This document shows, piece after piece, positions 1-9,366 of a stretch of 64,000 nt of DNA. Every line of letters begins with the position of its first letter. Positions within the stretch are counted from its first letter, which is position 1. A program made the translations under genes and the position numbers. The notes under the pieces were generated by a model. The model had not been told where the DNA came from. It was given only the letters and a program-made list of their open reading frames with translations, and made no database searches. Source of the DNA: a virus; the IMG/VR virus record IMGVR_UViG_3300025120_000001, positions 1-64,000 of that record. One strand, written 5' to 3'.

Positions 1-60
1 ACATTAACCAGTGATGGGCGGAGTCTAACCAGCTTAGCAACAGAAATAGGTTTAATTTAA
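1..60 (+). CDS. 3' end of a gene truncated by the window (…TLTSDGRSLTSLATEIGLI*)
   Basis: Frame 1 is open from base 1 to TAA at 58-60. Confidence 0.45.
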   Translation, partial: TLTSDGRSLTSLATEIGLI

Positions 61-354
61 TTAAATGTGTGTTGCATTATTAATGTGACACCTCATTTGC
101 CATAATCATTGGGTTGGCATCCAATAAAATATTAGTTAGTCCATAGTATATATATGGCTAACACAAGACATGGGTACCTTGAGCAAAGAGTTAATTACTT
201 GAAGCAAGACAGGATGGTTAACTCTGTGTAGTTGCAAATACATTAGAGGGGTTAGGAGGTAATTGTCCTAGCCTTTCTACCCATACGCATTATCTATTGT
301 CTTCTCTCTCTCTATAGAGTTTATATAATAGTAACCCGGAATCAAGAATTTATA

Positions 355-529
355 CAACTGCATTAAGGAGCCTTAACACGGATAGTTCTCTTTAAAAATC
401 CTCTCTGTAACGCATACCTCTAAGCTCATAGTACTATTACACAATAATAGGAACTGAGAGTAACAGAGATTGCCAGGTAAGAAACTTATTATATCTATGG
501 GAAACCAATTTATAATCTACGTGCAGTTA
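355..529 (+). ncRNA. Putative multi-stem structured RNA (unassigned)
   Basis: Closing helix AACTGCA(356-362)/TGCAGTT(522-528) encloses hairpins TTAAGG-AG-CCTTAA, CTCTG..CAGAG, TAAG-AAA-CTTA and TGG-GAAA-CCA; no ORF. Confidence 0.35.
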
Positions 530-809
530 AAATATTACACGGGCACAGGATCCTTGAGGATTGATCACCTCATCCATTCTGTGCTTATCCAATTGGGGGA
601 TGTTCCCCTTTTATAAGAAACCCATAATCGTAATTGATCACTACGTATATGGTCACAGGGACAAGATGCAGCATAGTCTCCTCGTTAGTTGAAAGAAGAT
701 ACATTGAATTCAGTCTTTACTAACTACCTGTGTAACACTAAGGTGAGAATCCTTGGAACGCTTAACATTGCCGTGGCTTATGTCTACCCTTGAGGTAGCA
801 TTAGTGTCT

Positions 810-1566
810 AAAGAAATGTGGTCGCCATCAGACCGTTAAGATAAACCAGTAATGGTATAAAATGGGAAGGACTTGTAGTTAATCTTCCTGTGATGCATGT
901 AATATGCATTTCATAGAATGGCAATACAATATTTGTATTACGGCAGCGGTAAATCCCTCGGGTCCGTGAGTAGTACAAAGAGCATGACAGGCATTGCTCT
1001 TGAGACTGAAAGGTCAATAAGAACTGTATTGGGTAATGGTAGTATGGTGTTGTCGCACTTGAAGCTGTTATTAAATTGAATACACTATGCGCTAGGAGAA
1101 ATCCTGTGTATAAGTATGATGTTAGCAAGTAGCTTTGACAAGCAAAAGCAGGCGGGAGTTATAATCTAAAGTTCTCAAAAGGAACCATGGTTATAAAAAC
1201 TTCAAGCGTCTCTCGTTATTTACCTGTGCTATTTTAACTTAAACAAGAAAGAAAAAAAAGCAAAATTAGTTTGGAGACTATTGTGATGGCACTAACGCCA
1301 ACAATGTTCTTATCCTTCTGTAATATGGAGGCATGGATAGCTCGCAAGGCTTACCATGAAGGAATCCAGTAGTATCTGTAGTGAGGGGACATCCTCTTTA
1401 GCTCGTAAGGCATGCGGTATGAAAGTGAACTTATGACCACTTTAGTAATGATGGCGGACATCTTAATCCGTGAACATGTGCAGTACAGACCAGAAATGGA
1501 CTGTGTGAGATAATTGGGGAAACCTGTATTAATCTGTACGTAAAGAGTCAAGCTCTCAGCTCTTTT
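810..1566 (+). ncRNA. GOLLD-like giant structured ncRNA (~750 nt)
   Basis: No credible ORF; richer in GC than the flanks; dense hairpins with GNRA loops (ACCA-GTAA-TGGT, GACT-GAAA-GGTC, CTC-GCAA-GG, CTC-GTAA-GG, CCA-GAAA-TGG); an A/U linker at ~1230-1262 splits two domains; 5' GGTCG..GACCGTTAAGATAAACC and 3' GGGGAAACC..TAATC..CTCTCAGC resemble GOLLD ends as I recall them. Confidence 0.7.
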
Positions 1567-1659
1567 ATTTTATTCACTTAATCTAACCATTATGAACATT
1601 TTATTAATCATCGGATTGTCTTCATTATTAGTATGGAGTCAATCAAAAATCAACCAATT

Positions 1660-1809
1660 ATGAAATCTATTATTTATTATGTATGGTTTACCTTATTACT
1701 AGGGACCTTCACTGCATTGTGTGGTGGTGGAGAGTTAATGGCCTTTGTACTTTGTTATTGTTTTTGGGGTTGTATGTTAGCACCTATGTTACCTGGAGAA
1801 ACGGCATGA
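1660..1809 (+). CDS. Small membrane protein (49 aa, not in ORF track)
   Basis: MKSIIYYVWFTLLLG…; ATGA overlaps at both ends; two hydrophobic segments. Confidence 0.5.
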   Translation: MKSIIYYVWFTLLLGTFTALCGGGELMAFVLCYCFWGCMLAPMLPGETA

Positions 1810-1949
1810 CCCTTAAAAAGGTAACTGTAACTCAAGGTGAGATACAAGATGCTATGAAGCATAGAGTCTATAAAAACAAAAAAAAGTACACAAGAAAACA
1901 CAAGCACAAACAAGATCCTGGCAAAGAGTCAGGATCAATTACTCATTAA
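1806..1949 (+). CDS. Small basic hypothetical protein (likely true start of ORF 1683..1949)
   Basis: ATGA coupling at 1806; KNKKKYTRKHKH motif typical of small phage proteins. Confidence 0.55.
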   Translation: MTLKKVTVTQGEIQDAMKHRVYKNKKKYTRKHKHKQDPGKESGSITH

Positions 1950-1961
1950 AACCAATGTATT

Positions 1962-2228
1962 ATGAAAAATCAATATCCTTTACTTATTGCCATATTCTTT
2001 ATGATATGTCAATTTATGGCACCTCTTTATTATTCTCTTTTTACCGGATATACAATTTCGGGTGATTCTGAATTTATGTGGTGTGGTATAACATCAGGCA
2101 TTATGGCTTGTATATTATTACCAGTATATGCAAAACGTGAAAAAAAATTAGCACTTATTGAAGCAGCTAAATCAGATGCCAGATTCGCCAAGTCTGTTAA
2201 AGACCTAGGTATAAGAAATGTAAAATAA
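1962..2228 (+). CDS. Membrane protein, 2 TM
   Basis: ORF track; hydrophobic segments; A-rich leader. Confidence 0.6.
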   Translation: MKNQYPLLIAIFFMICQFMAPLYYSLFTGYTISGDSEFMWCGITSGIMACILLPVYAKREKKLALIEAAKSDARFAKSVKDLGIRNVK

Positions 2229-2233
2229 AAACC

Positions 2234-2464
2234 ATGATCAAAACAATAATATTTATGATAGGCACTGTATTAAATGGTGCCTATCAACAAGACGTTAAAC
2301 TGAATGAAGCTATTTCTGATGTAGAAGATATGATTGAATGGTCTGGTGAAGATCTATTTCAAGAAAGAATTACAGAAGAAGAACATGCTATAGCAGTTGA
2401 CAACTACAATCAATTAATATTAACCTTAAAATCAATCAAAAATGAAAAGTATTGCATTAAGTAA
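2234..2464 (+). CDS. Hypothetical protein
   Basis: ORF track, tight packing. Confidence 0.6.
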   Translation: MIKTIIFMIGTVLNGAYQQDVKLNEAISDVEDMIEWSGEDLFQERITEEEHAIAVDNYNQLILTLKSIKNEKYCIK

Positions 2465-2660
2465 AAAAGTAACTCCTAAAAGAACTAGGACAATTGAATT
2501 AGAAAGAGGACCATTCCTTGGTCTAGTCGTTGGCTATGAAAAACATAGCTATAAAAATTACAAAGAAAGAGATTTAACTATATTATTTCTATGTTTCTCT
2601 ATTAGATATCAAGTTAGAATTCATAAAGAAGTTAGTAATGAATATCAAAGACAATTATAA
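2442..2660 (+). CDS. Hypothetical protein with amphipathic beta-hairpin
   Basis: ORF track; overlaps previous gene. Confidence 0.55.
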   Translation: MKSIALSKKVTPKRTRTIELERGPFLGLVVGYEKHSYKNYKERDLTILFLCFSIRYQVRIHKEVSNEYQRQL

Positions 2661-2661
2661 T

Positions 2662-2799
2662 ATGAAGAAGGAGATGGAAGAGGATGATAGATTATATATC
2701 TATATAAGAAATGGTATAGCTCACTACACACCATCAAGTGCATATGCATTTACAAGAAAGGATGAGAACACAGATGTATTGGTAGCCGAAAAAGAGTAG
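2662..2799 (+). CDS. Small hypothetical protein (45 aa, not in track)
   Basis: MKKEMEEDDRLYIYIRNG…; fills the gap exactly. Confidence 0.45.
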   Translation: MKKEMEEDDRLYIYIRNGIAHYTPSSAYAFTRKDENTDVLVAEKE

Positions 2800-2827
2800 G
2801 CTACCATTTAAATTTAAATCAACAAAA

Positions 2828-3052
2828 ATGAAAAAATTATTATCAAACCCAGTATTTTACGCTTGCACATGGTTCACAGCTGTGTCAATATTTGCATTTT
2901 TAATGTCATCATGTAGTAGTTATGTACATTGTGATGCATATGGTCAAAATCGTTATGATAAAAAGCCAGACTTTGGAAAAACTATGATTACTTATAAAGT
3001 AATGACGCCTGAGAGAGCGGCATTTCTAGCAGAAAGAGATAGTGAGAAATAA
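2828..3052 (+). CDS. Putative lipoprotein
   Basis: Hydrophobic N-terminus ending in LMSSC lipobox-like sequence. Confidence 0.55.
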   Translation: MKKLLSNPVFYACTWFTAVSIFAFLMSSCSSYVHCDAYGQNRYDKKPDFGKTMITYKVMTPERAAFLAERDSEK

Positions 3053-3557
3053 TACCTATTGTAATCTATTAAAAGGTGACCCTGGAAAGTTATTCAAGGG
3101 TCATTCTTTTAATTTAACTCAAGAAACGTATGGTGAAAGTACAACATTAACATTAGTACAAAATTATTTTAACTCTCAAAATGTTATCAGTACATATTCT
3201 GTAAATGATAACACAACTAATGTAATATATACTTATTACCCGTTTGGAGGTGGTAGATTACCTCAATGGTTTCAAAATTATTGTAGGGAAATTGCAAAGT
3301 TAGATTTACCATCACAGCAAAAGTATCATACTGATAAGATTGAGTTAGTTATAATGAGTATGCACGCCCATGTATCAATAAATAAACTAATCAAAGGTCT
3401 TGCTTTTAAAACACATAGTGAAAACATAGACGCCTTTGCTGAAATTAGATATGAATGGGCTAAAATTAGACATTGGCTTAAAAACATTAATTTTAATGAA
3501 TTACTAAATGCTGATATAACCACAGCAAATCAATTAATACTACCTATTAACATTTAA
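3042..3557 (+). CDS. Hypothetical protein
   Basis: 171-aa ORF (GTG start uncertain). Confidence 0.55.
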   Translation: MRNNTYCNLLKGDPGKLFKGHSFNLTQETYGESTTLTLVQNYFNSQNVISTYSVNDNTTNVIYTYYPFGGGRLPQWFQNYCREIAKLDLPSQQKYHTDKIELVIMSMHAHVSINKLIKGLAFKTHSENIDAFAEIRYEWAKIRHWLKNINFNELLNADITTANQLILPINI

Positions 3558-3626
3558 GTTACGGTATACCGTACACTAACAACACCAGTATTTAGAGTCA
3601 TCATTTAGGTTAGGTTGATGAGTGGT

Positions 3627-3674
3627 AGATAATTGAACAGGGGCATTGGTTTGTCTCTGTTCTCTTATCTTTTT
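3627..3674 (+). terminator. Intrinsic terminator
   Basis: AGATAA..GAACAGGGG/TCTCTGTTC..TTATCT stem followed by a T-tract. Confidence 0.5.
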
Positions 3675-3782
3675 AAAATAAAACTATGAAGAATAATGTA
3701 GAAACAGCGGGTATGGAAGCCCTTGGTATTTTTATAATCACAGCAGTAGTAATAATACTATTCGCATATATAACTCATTAAT

Positions 3783-4241
3783 ATGAAAACTATTGATGCT
3801 AGAATAAATAGTCTAGTGCTTAACAAAATATTAAAAGAAGATGCAGATAAAAATGTAACGGAACTACTTGCAGGATCATTAAGTAGAGCGCAAATAGAAT
3901 ATTTAGCTAAAGCAATGACTGAAGATAATTTTGAATTCTTAACTGAAGGTTGTTATTTTAAAACTCCTTGGGATGAGAAAGAATTTGGTGGAGCAACTAA
4001 CTTAGATCAACTATATGACATGGGTTTATACCTTGATGGTTATGTTTATGGTCAAGTACAAACATCTGATGATTGGAATTCTGAATTTAATCCATATCAT
4101 AATAAAATGAAGTGTTGCTTATTTTTACATAATGATGATAAAAAACTTGTGCAAATGGACTGCACTGTATCATCTTATAAATTAACTAAGATAAATAAAA
4201 AGAACATAAAACATTTTAATTATGGCACAGATATCACCTAA
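3783..4241 (+). CDS. Hypothetical protein
   Basis: ORF track. Confidence 0.65.
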   Translation: MKTIDARINSLVLNKILKEDADKNVTELLAGSLSRAQIEYLAKAMTEDNFEFLTEGCYFKTPWDEKEFGGATNLDQLYDMGLYLDGYVYGQVQTSDDWNSEFNPYHNKMKCCLFLHNDDKKLVQMDCTVSSYKLTKINKKNIKHFNYGTDIT

Positions 4242-4431
4242 ACTATTTGAACAAGAATGGGAAACCTATAATGGCTTAAAAGGCTTTTTAAAAAATAAAG
4301 AAACTTCTTTTGGAGATGATATGAATCAAAAATATAAATTTAAGGATGATAAACTTCTTGAGTTGAATGATTATGATGCATATAGTTATATTAAAGAAAG
4401 ATATGTTATTGAAATAAAAGATATGAAGTGA
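4222..4431 (+). CDS. Hypothetical protein
   Basis: ORF track, coupled. Confidence 0.6.
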   Translation: MAQISPKLFEQEWETYNGLKGFLKNKETSFGDDMNQKYKFKDDKLLELNDYDAYSYIKERYVIEIKDMK

Positions 4432-4667
4432 GAAGATTTGGTATAGTAAATTATGATGTAATGTCAGACCCTGAGTTATCAATACAAGCAAAAGGTTTAT
4501 ATTCATTATTAACTTGCTATGCTAATAAAGATAGAGAGTGCTGGCCATCAATTAATACATTAGCAGATATATCTAATAAGAGTACAACACAAATATCTGT
4601 TTATATTAAAGAACTTAAGGATCAAAACTATCTAAAAAGAGTTGGTCGCAAGATAAGACTTAAGTGA
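4428..4667 (+). CDS. Winged helix-turn-helix protein (HTH_36-like)
   Basis: LSIQAKGLYSLL..CWPSINTLA..IKELKDQNYL pattern. Confidence 0.75.
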   Translation: MRRFGIVNYDVMSDPELSIQAKGLYSLLTCYANKDRECWPSINTLADISNKSTTQISVYIKELKDQNYLKRVGRKIRLK

Positions 4668-4724
4668 GTTAGCTATAATACTATAATTTATTTTTAGTAT
4701 AGTAGCTTAATTTTAGCTGTTCTA

Positions 4725-4756
4725 TTTATAAAATGAACGTTTAATTGTTATATTTG
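4725..4756 (+). promoter_or_regulatory. Bacteroidota primary-sigma-type promoter
   Basis: TTTA-N20-TATATTTG; matches the -33/-7 TAnnTTTG consensus. Confidence 0.55.
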
Positions 4757-4770
4757 GTCATACTTATGTC

Positions 4771-5040
4771 ATGATAATACAATTACCATCCGGAAAGACC
4801 ATTGAATGTTCTGTTGAGATATACTTACAGTTATCTGATCAGGAAATCAATGAGCTAAATGGTTTGGGCGCTCAGTATACAAAAGAAGAATCTATAAATC
4901 CTTTCTCCAATTCGTTTGCATCAGAACTCAAAAGTGCCAAGGCAGTATTTGAAGAAGATGAAGAATATGAACCAAATCTATATGAAATAGGTGAAGGTGA
5001 GAAAAGAGTTGATCCAGATTTTTTCGCAGATGATATTTAG
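4771..5040 (+). CDS. Acidic hypothetical protein
   Basis: MIIQLPSGKTIECSVEIYL…; follows the promoter. Confidence 0.7.
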   Translation: MIIQLPSGKTIECSVEIYLQLSDQEINELNGLGAQYTKEESINPFSNSFASELKSAKAVFEEDEEYEPNLYEIGEGEKRVDPDFFADDI

Positions 5041-5084
5041 AGTAATTCTATTCTAAAGTAAAAAAAACAATTTAATTTATTATT

Positions 5085-5666
5085 ATGTCAAAAAACAAAG
5101 TAACCGTGGTTGCTGATGATAACGGTAATGTTATACGTCAATCACAAAATCCAGAAATTGGATATGTAAGAGTAACTCAAGAAGCAGTAAACTATAGTGC
5201 AACAGGATGGGTACAAAGAAAAACAAGAAGTGCTTTAATCCTTGGTAATCTAGAAGACTTAGCGGAGTTAAAATTCAAAAACAAACAAAAGTTAGATGGT
5301 AAAATTGTAGTAAAAGAATCTACAGAGCCGTTTAATCAAACAGATCCGGATAGAGATCTTAAAATTGCAGGTAGTACTGGTATTATTTGCTGTACTGCAG
5401 ATGGTGAACCTATTTATAGAACAACTTTCTATGATATGACAGGTGAACAACCAGATGTATTTGTTGCACATGCTAACGGTGATGCTATTAGACAAGCTAA
5501 TAGTGAAGGTGTTGGAGCTGAAACAATAGCAAAAGATGAATTTAAAGCAGAAGATGTAGAGAATTCAACAGAAGAAGATTCATTTTCAATGGAAGAAGAG
5601 GTTCAAGAAGAGCCTGAAGAAACCACAAATGAAGTAGAAGTAGATGAAGAATCATTTGAACTATAA
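5085..5666 (+). CDS. Putative ssDNA-binding protein-like
   Basis: Beta-rich N-terminus and a long acidic tail ending ESFEL. Confidence 0.45.
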   Translation: MSKNKVTVVADDNGNVIRQSQNPEIGYVRVTQEAVNYSATGWVQRKTRSALILGNLEDLAELKFKNKQKLDGKIVVKESTEPFNQTDPDRDLKIAGSTGIICCTADGEPIYRTTFYDMTGEQPDVFVAHANGDAIRQANSEGVGAETIAKDEFKAEDVENSTEEDSFSMEEEVQEEPEETTNEVEVDEESFEL

Positions 5667-5751
5667 AAGCTAACCTCTCAGAAAAATATAAGTCCTTTGG
5701 GCATTTTACGCTGATGTTAGGCACTGTAAAGTCAGTGATGTTAAGCATACG

Positions 5752-5792
5752 GGGGTATCCTACAGTAAGAAGGCTGTAGGACCCCTTTTTTT
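5752..5792 (+). terminator. Intrinsic terminator
   Basis: GGGG..TCCTACAG/CTGTAGGA-CCCC followed by T7. Confidence 0.75.
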
Positions 5793-5813
5793 ATTAATTA
5801 AAACCAATATATT

Positions 5814-6329
5814 ATGTTATCACAGAACCAACAACAATTATTGCAAAATGAAAAAGCAATACTTGAATTAAATCAAAGAGAAAGCAGATTTATTTATTAT
5901 GGCATTTATGAGTCATACTGCGCAAACAAACCAAACATCCAACGTTTAAACTACACAAAACTTAATCCTAAACAACATTTTTTGTTTAAGCGTGTATTAC
6001 ATGGGTTAAACATGTATTCTAAAGAACAAGTTGCAGAAATGCATCCACAGAAAAAAAGAAGAATTAGTAAAGTATGGCGTAAAAGTCAGAATCTAATCAA
6101 TGAGTGGAAGCAGATGATATGCAATAAAAGAATAAATAAGTTTTTATTTATAACTTTTGGTGATAGAAGTCCTTTAGTAAGAGAACTTTTAGCTGTACCT
6201 GTTAATGAAACAGATTCTAATTATAAAAATACTCATTCTTTAAAAGATTTGGGTATAACATATGAGGATTTAATATTAAAATTCATGCAATCAGGTCTAT
6301 TACCTAAAAACTTTCTTGTAGTAAAATGA
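5814..6329 (+). CDS. Hypothetical protein
   Basis: ORF track. Confidence 0.7.
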   Translation: MLSQNQQQLLQNEKAILELNQRESRFIYYGIYESYCANKPNIQRLNYTKLNPKQHFLFKRVLHGLNMYSKEQVAEMHPQKKRRISKVWRKSQNLINEWKQMICNKRINKFLFITFGDRSPLVRELLAVPVNETDSNYKNTHSLKDLGITYEDLILKFMQSGLLPKNFLVVK

Positions 6330-6592
6330 GAAAGGTAAGTAAAAAACTTGCACAACAACAAAGGGAATATAGTAAGCTGCGTAAAACGTGGCTTACTGAT
6401 CGCCCTGTTTGTCAAGCAAAAATTCATAGATGTACATTAAAATCTACAGATGTACACCATAAAAAAGGAAGAGGAAAGTATCTATTGGATACAAGTACTT
6501 GGTTATCAGTATGTAGAAATTGTCACAATTGGATAGAAGTACACCCAGAAGAATCAAAAGAACTGGGGTTTAGTATATCAAAATCAAAATAA
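6326..6592 (+). CDS. HNH-family zinc-binding nuclease
   Basis: CQ..C..TDVHHKKGRG..WLSVCRNCHNWIE. Confidence 0.8.
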   Translation: MRKVSKKLAQQQREYSKLRKTWLTDRPVCQAKIHRCTLKSTDVHHKKGRGKYLLDTSTWLSVCRNCHNWIEVHPEESKELGFSISKSK

Positions 6593-6594
6593 TA

Positions 6595-7242
6595 ATGAAA
6601 GTTTTAATAAAAAGTATAGCAATAATAGCAACATGCATTGGATTGTCTTTCGGGGTATTAGCATTGTTGGCATTTGTAGCAGGACCATCTAAAAGTGAAA
6701 TAGAGTTTAATAGAAAAGCTGATAAATTAATATCTAAAGCTACTGAAGCAAGAATGTATTGTAACCAAAATTATTTTAATGAAGAATTTTGTATTCTTAT
6801 AGATATGAGTATTCATTCTGGTAAAAATAGATTTAGAGTTTATAATTTTAAGCAAAATAAAGTAACACATAGTTATTTAGTTAGCCACGGCTGTGGTGAT
6901 AACCAATGGACAAGTGATCAAAGCAAACGTTCTCCAGAATTTAGTAATGTAGAAGATAGTCATCTATCCTCTCTTGGTAAATATAAAATAGGAAAACGTG
7001 GTTGGAGTAACTGGGGCGTGCATGCAAAATATTCGCTGCATGGTTTAGAAGAATCTAATTCTAATGCATTTAAGCGTTGGGTTGTATTTCATTCATGGGA
7101 TATGATATCAGATGAGCCAACTTATCCTACAGGTACTCCAGAAGGTTGGGGATGTCCTGCTGTTTCTAATAAAAGTTTTAAGGAAATAGATAAATTAATT
7201 AAAAGTCAAACAAAACCCACATTAATGTGGATTTATAAATAA
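6595..7242 (+). CDS. Murein L,D-transpeptidase catalytic-domain protein (YkuD_2-like), membrane anchored
   Basis: N-terminal TM; LIDMSIHSGKNRF, VSHGCG, SSLG.Y, LHGLE..NSNA..R.VVFH, GWGCPAV (catalytic His/Cys). Confidence 0.85.
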   Translation: MKVLIKSIAIIATCIGLSFGVLALLAFVAGPSKSEIEFNRKADKLISKATEARMYCNQNYFNEEFCILIDMSIHSGKNRFRVYNFKQNKVTHSYLVSHGCGDNQWTSDQSKRSPEFSNVEDSHLSSLGKYKIGKRGWSNWGVHAKYSLHGLEESNSNAFKRWVVFHSWDMISDEPTYPTGTPEGWGCPAVSNKSFKEIDKLIKSQTKPTLMWIYK

Positions 7243-7248
7243 TCAATT

Positions 7249-7497
7249 ATGAAAAAGATAATAGTAATAGTATGTATTCTGACTGCATTTTTTACCGGAA
7301 TATGTCTGACTTCACTTTTGAAGAAAGAAAAAGTAATATTTGTCCACAAACAGTGTGATGAAGGAAAATGTATCTCTTTTAAAGATTTATATATGATTGA
7401 AGAAGGCCTAGATGATATTAGATATTATACTAGTATGACGGGCTGGGAAGATAAAATAGTAAACAGAACAAGAGAAATTAATCAAATTATAAAATAA
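7249..7497 (+). CDS. Small exported/membrane protein
   Basis: Signal-like N-terminus. Confidence 0.6.
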   Translation: MKKIIVIVCILTAFFTGICLTSLLKKEKVIFVHKQCDEGKCISFKDLYMIEEGLDDIRYYTSMTGWEDKIVNRTREINQIIK

Positions 7498-7502
7498 AAA
7501 TT

Positions 7503-8240
7503 ATGAAAAATTTAACAGGTATAATATTATTATCCATGCTACCACTATGTTTGGTGGCATGTGATTGGTATCCTTCAGAAGAACAATGGGGAGCATATGT
7601 TGATAAAGTTATTGAATCAGAAGTAGATTTATCAAAAGTTGATTCAACATATACATCTGGTGAAAAAGCAGCAGCACATGCATATAAACAAACAGTACAA
7701 AATACTGTATATGATGGTAGTTGGGTTAATATAGGATATCCCGGTGGAGATCCTGGTTATCAACAAGGTGTTTGTACAGATGTTGTAATTAGAGCGTTGC
7801 GTTTTATAGATATAGATTTACAAGAACTAATTTATAAAGACATGCAAGTTGCGCATGATGAATACAACAGAAGGTATCGTACTAAAAAGTTAGATAACAA
7901 TATTGATCATAGAAGAACTCAAAATATACAAACATTCTTAACAAGAATGGGCGCTAAGGTTAAAACATATAAGAATTTAAGAGATTCTTATCAGCCTGGT
8001 GATATAGTATTTTGGGATATAGCTGCGGGTCATACAGGTATTGTTAGTAATGACATGGCTCCAAATGGATATTATAAAGTTATTCATAATATAGGTGGAG
8101 GTGCTCAAAAAGAAGAGCTTTTATCTGATTGGATACCCATTGAAGTTTACAGACTTACTGAAGATAATGTAAAAAAGCTAAGTGAAGCTTGTACATTTAA
8201 GTATGATGAAACAAAAGATTTCAAGAGATATGTCCAATAG
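7503..8240 (+). CDS. DUF1287 (YijF-like, NlpC/P60-related) lipoprotein
   Basis: LVAC lipobox; YPGGD..GVCTDVVIRALR..IDLQ; NIDHRR; YQPGDIVFW..HTGIVS..IHNIGGG. Confidence 0.85.
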   Translation: MKNLTGIILLSMLPLCLVACDWYPSEEQWGAYVDKVIESEVDLSKVDSTYTSGEKAAAHAYKQTVQNTVYDGSWVNIGYPGGDPGYQQGVCTDVVIRALRFIDIDLQELIYKDMQVAHDEYNRRYRTKKLDNNIDHRRTQNIQTFLTRMGAKVKTYKNLRDSYQPGDIVFWDIAAGHTGIVSNDMAPNGYYKVIHNIGGGAQKEELLSDWIPIEVYRLTEDNVKKLSEACTFKYDETKDFKRYVQ

Positions 8241-9366
8241 AGAAAAGATTCAAAGAGAAGCTTTAGAAATAACCCTAGGTCACAGACGCTGTGGCTTAGG
8301 GATTTCTATGGGTGTTGGTAAAACTAGAATAGCATTACAACATCTTATAAAGAATTACCATCCTGTATGTAAATATTTAGTTGTAGTACCAAAAAATACT
8401 GTAATAGACTCATGGAATGATGAAATGGACAAGATGGTAGATCAGTTTAAAGATCTATCAGATGAGAATTATAAGATAGATTTAGAAGTTATTAAACAAC
8501 AAATACAATTTGTTAATTATAGATCTATAAACAAACTTGATCCAACTCACTACAATGTAGTTTATTTAGATGAATGTCATAACTTATTATTTTCGCATGA
8601 AGAGTTTCTTAAAAACTATAATGGGAAGGTTTTGGGTTTAACTGGTACACCACCTAGAAAAGGATCAGAAAAGTATACAATGGTTCAAAGGTATTGTCCT
8701 ATTGTATATGAGTTTAGTGTAGATGAGGCAACAGATAGTAATATACTTAATGATTATAAAATTATCATACATCTTTTAGAATTATCTAATGGACAAAATC
8801 TCCAAAAGAAAAACAAAAATGGAGGGGTATGGTATACATCTGAGGTAAAAGACTATGCTTATTTAAATAGGCGTTGGCAAGAAGCTATGACCGGTAAGCA
8901 GCAGCAAATGGCTGCAATTATGAGAATGCGTGGTTTAATGGAATATACTACTAAAGAAGATTATCTAAAAGATATTTTAAGAGATATTTCATCTAAATGT
9001 ATCATATTTGCTAATACGCATAAACAAGCTGATAGAGTATGCTCTCATAGTTACCATTCTGGTAACTCAAAATCTGAAGACAACTTAGAATTATTTAGTG
9101 ATGGAAGAATTGATAAATTATCTTGTGTCTTACAGCTTAGTGAAGGTATATCTATTCCTAATTTGGGTCAAGGTATTATTATGCATGCTTATGGTAATAA
9201 TAGAAAATCAGCGCAAAGAATAGGTAGGCTATTAAGATTGTCACCAGATCAAAAAGCAACGTGTCATATATTATGTTATAAAGGCACGCAAGATGAAAAA
9301 TGGGTTGAAAAAGCATTAGAAACATTTGACCAAAATAAAATAGAATATTTTAATCCTTTAATATGA
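8230..9366 (+). CDS. Superfamily 2 (DEAD/DEAH-like) helicase
   Basis: MGVGKT Walker A, LDECH, GLTGTP, QRIGRLLR; start moved to MSNREK. Confidence 0.9.
   Translation: MSNREKIQREALEITLGHRRCGLGISMGVGKTRIALQHLIKNYHPVCKYLVVVPKNTVIDSWNDEMDKMVDQFKDLSDENYKIDLEVIKQQIQFVNYRSINKLDPTHYNVVYLDECHNLLFSHEEFLKNYNGKVLGLTGTPPRKGSEKYTMVQRYCPIVYEFSVDEATDSNILNDYKIIIHLLELSNGQNLQKKNKNGGVWYTSEVKDYAYLNRRWQEAMTGKQQQMAAIMRMRGLMEYTTKEDYLKDILRDISSKCIIFANTHKQADRVCSHSYHSGNSKSEDNLELFSDGRIDKLSCVLQLSEGISIPNLGQGIIMHAYGNNRKSAQRIGRLLRLSPDQKATCHILCYKGTQDEKWVEKALETFDQNKIEYFNPLI

Noticed and set aside
738-757. T-arm-like hairpin CTAAGG-TGAGAAT-CCTTGG
   Set aside because: No cloverleaf can be built around it
808-1551. Minus-strand ORFs 808..1128 and 1351..1551
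   Set aside because: Atypical composition and antisense to the structured RNA; most likely chance ORFs
810-1566. Group I/II intron, tmRNA or RNase P as the identity of the large RNA
   Set aside because: No interrupted gene flanks it, and I found no tRNA-like ends or recognisable catalytic core motifs
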